Source: Candidatus Moanibacter sp. (lineage in GTDB: Bacteria; Verrucomicrobiota; Verrucomicrobiia; Opitutales; UBA2987). Taken from it: a stretch of DNA of 64,000 bases. The notes beneath the pieces are model-generated. The model was not told the DNA's origin and ran no database searches. It saw nothing but the letters and a program-made list of their open reading frames with translations. Shown here piece after piece: positions 61,666 through 64,000 of the stretch (positions within the stretch are counted from its first letter, which is position 1; each line of letters opens with the position of its first letter). Location: assembly GCA_965215885.1 (NCBI GenBank), contig CBDCEW010000075.1, positions 1 through 64,000 of the forward strand, given 5' to 3'. The position numbers were made by a program, and so were the translations under genes.

Positions 61666-64000
61666 ATGAAAAATCCTAGCTTTGCTACGCGTTGGAACGC
61701 CGATCTTATCGACGAGAACTATAACCGGTGGTTAAAAGAACCGGATGCGCTCGACAGTAACTGGCGTGCCTTTTTCGAAGGCTTTGAACTTGCTCGAGAC
61801 GGACACGGAATTCCGAAAGTGTCTTTAACGGAGACGGCGAATGGCCGAGAACTGGCGACGGGAGTGCAAACCCTCACGCCCCAAGCGGGCACCGACCCGA
61901 AAAAGCAAGCGCGCTTTACAGGTGCTATCTACGCTTTTCGATCCATCGGCCATACTCAGGGGCGCTTCAACCCGATCAAGAATATTGAGCCGAATGTTCG
62001 GCTTTCCTTGGAGAGGTTGGGTTTTTCGCCGGAAGACCTCGATAGTGTCTTCGACACGGGCAACTATCTCGGTGGAGTCTCGATGCCGTTGCGTCAACTG
62101 CTGGAAAATCTGGAGGCGACCTATTGTCATCATATCGCTGTGGAATATCTCCATATCCAGGAAACGCACAAACGGCGTTGGCTACAATCCAGAATAGAAC
62201 CGACTCTCAATAAACCTCGATTCAGCCCGGAAAAAAAACTGCGCATTCTCGAGAAACTCCTCTACGGAGAGATTTTCGAGCAATACCTCCACACTCGTTA
62301 TGTAGGCCAGAAGCGTTTCGGACTGGAGGGAGGCGAGACCCTCATTCCAAGCCTCGACGCGCTTCTTGAATACGCACCCGAGCTCGGAATTGACGAAATC
62401 GTCATGGGCATGGCCCATCGCGGGCGTCTCAACGTTCTGGCCAATATCTTTGGAAAATCCTACGAATTTCTCTTTAACGAATTCTCCGCAAACTATGTTC
62501 CGGACACTATTCACGGTGACGGAGACGTAAAATATCATCTCGGTTACACAGCCGAGATTACTACTTCGAGCGGAAAGCAGATAACCATGTACCTCGCCGC
62601 TAACCCAAGCCATTTGGAAGCGGTCAATCCCGTTGTGGAGGGTCGTGCCCGTGCCCGCCAACGAATTCTGGGAGATGTTGAGCGCAAGAAAATCCTTCCC
62701 GTTCTCATCCATGGGGACGCCGCCTTTGCCGGACAAGGGCTTGTCTGTGAAGTATTGAACCTATCGAAACTCAAGGGTTACACCACCGGTGGAACGATAC
62801 ATTTCATTATAAATAATCAGATCGGGTTTACTACCGATCCCACGGAAGCGCGTTCCAGCCGATACTGCACCGATGTCGCCAAGATGATTGAAGCGCCCAT
62901 TTTTCATGTAAACGGGGATGATCCACAGGCCATGGTCATGATAACCGAACTGGCGCTCTCCTACCGCCAGGAATTTGGCGACGACGTGGTCATTGATATG
63001 TACTGTTACCGGCGTCATGGACACAATGAGGCTGACGAACCCGCCTTTACCCAACCCAAACTCTACAAACAGATTTCTGAACATCCCCTCACCAGCGAAA
63101 CTTACATGAAGCAGTTGAGAGAGGAGGGCGACCTCACGGAAGAGGAGGTTGAGAGTGTGAGGGTGCGTTTTCAGAAGACTTTGGACAGCGCCTTCCATCG
63201 CCACAAAGTTAAATATGACGAACGGCAAAAGGAGAGCGATTTATTCTCCGGGGCGGATACCGTCTATCAGCCACCCTATTCCTTTCGTCCCGTCAAAACA
63301 AGCGTGAAGCCGAAAGTATTGGAACACGTGGCAAAAACCCTCACGCAGCTTCCCGCCGACGTTAAAGCCAACCCGAAGATTAAGCGCCAACTGGACAACA
63401 AATGGAAAGCCTTCACTGACGATACAGGTATTGATTGGGCCTTCGCTGAATCACTCGCCTGGGGTACCCTCATGCTGGACGGTACTCCCGTGCGGCTTTC
63501 CGGCCAGGATTGCGCACGAGGCACGTTCAGCCAAAGGCACGCCGTCATCTACGATACTGATACGCGTGAACCCTACATTCCATTGATGAATATGGACGGG
63601 CGCCGAGCCATCCTCTGTGTTCACAATTCGCTATTGTCGGAAGCCGCCGTTTTGGGTTTTGACTACGGTTACTCGCTGGACTATCCGCAGATGCTTTGCA
63701 TGTGGGAGGCCCAATTCGGAGATTTTGCAAACGGCGCCCAAGTCATTATTGACCAGTTTCTGAGCAGCAGCGAATCAAAATGGATGCATGTGAGCAGCCT
63801 CGTCCTCCTCTTACCCCATGGATACGAAGGTCAGGGTCCTGAACACTCTTCGGCCCGACCGGGTAGATTTCTTCAGGCTTGCGCCGAAGATAATATGCAG
63901 GTCTGCAACATGACTACGCCAGTGCAGCTCTTTCACGTTCTGCGCCGGCAGACGAAACGCGATTTCAAGAAACCACTTATCGTTATGGCGCCGAAAAGCC
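61666..64000 (+). CDS. sucA: 2-oxoglutarate dehydrogenase E1 (runs off the window)
   Basis: Not in the ORF track; translated by hand: [13 protein letters not shown]...[41 protein letters not shown]. Confidence 0.96.
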   Translation, partial: MKNPSFATRWNADLIDENYNRWLKEPDALDSNWRAFFEGFELARDGHGIPKVSLTETANGRELATGVQTLTPQAGTDPKKQARFTGAIYAFRSIGHTQGRFNPIKNIEPNVRLSLERLGFSPEDLDSVFDTGNYLGGVSMPLRQLLENLEATYCHHIAVEYLHIQETHKRRWLQSRIEPTLNKPRFSPEKKLRILEKLLYGEIFEQYLHTRYVGQKRFGLEGGETLIPSLDALLEYAPELGIDEIVMGMAHRGRLNVLANIFGKSYEFLFNEFSANYVPDTIHGDGDVKYHLGYTAEITTSSGKQITMYLAANPSHLEAVNPVVEGRARARQRILGDVERKKILPVLIHGDAAFAGQGLVCEVLNLSKLKGYTTGGTIHFIINNQIGFTTDPTEARSSRYCTDVAKMIEAPIFHVNGDDPQAMVMITELALSYRQEFGDDVVIDMYCYRRHGHNEADEPAFTQPKLYKQISEHPLTSETYMKQLREEGDLTEEEVESVRVRFQKTLDSAFHRHKVKYDERQKESDLFSGADTVYQPPYSFRPVKTSVKPKVLEHVAKTLTQLPADVKANPKIKRQLDNKWKAFTDDTGIDWAFAESLAWGTLMLDGTPVRLSGQDCARGTFSQRHAVIYDTDTREPYIPLMNMDGRRAILCVHNSLLSEAAVLGFDYGYSLDYPQMLCMWEAQFGDFANGAQVIIDQFLSSSESKWMHVSSLVLLLPHGYEGQGPEHSSARPGRFLQACAEDNMQVCNMTTPVQLFHVLRRQTKRDFKKPLIVMAPKS

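Overview
Bacterial chromosomal window, probably Verrucomicrobiota (inferred from a PEP-CTERM protein, a DUF4032-like protein, a PTS-EIIA/diadenylate cyclase fusion and the general gene style). The housekeeping backbone includes ugd (partial), tolB, mrp, dnaG-rpoD-tatA, ispA, purH, thiGHS, a large NAD-glutamate dehydrogenase, glgA, msrPQ, upp, a phoX-like gene and sucA (partial). It is broken up by three intact IS elements with readable terminal repeats and target duplications (ISL3, IS5/ISNCY-like, IS4), one decayed IS fragment, and several families of MITE/REP-like repeats. Most notable: (1) a MITE family whose right end abuts the TAG stop codon of four different genes in the same orientation; (2) a decaying cluster of a LeuB/IDH-like dehydrogenase, an isochorismatase stub and an A-T-TE NRPS-like enzyme lacking the amino-binding Asp; (3) a Uma2 nuclease locus interleaved with three copies of a ~460-bp non-coding unit; (4) an unannotated small-ORF unit with RBS and terminator in an AT-rich gap; (5) a secreted protein gene that can be rebuilt across the ISL3 insertion; (6) repeated tandem duplication of gene 5' ends. 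No rRNA, tRNA, CRISPR array or riboswitch was recognised. Product calls come from motif recognition only; no database search was run.
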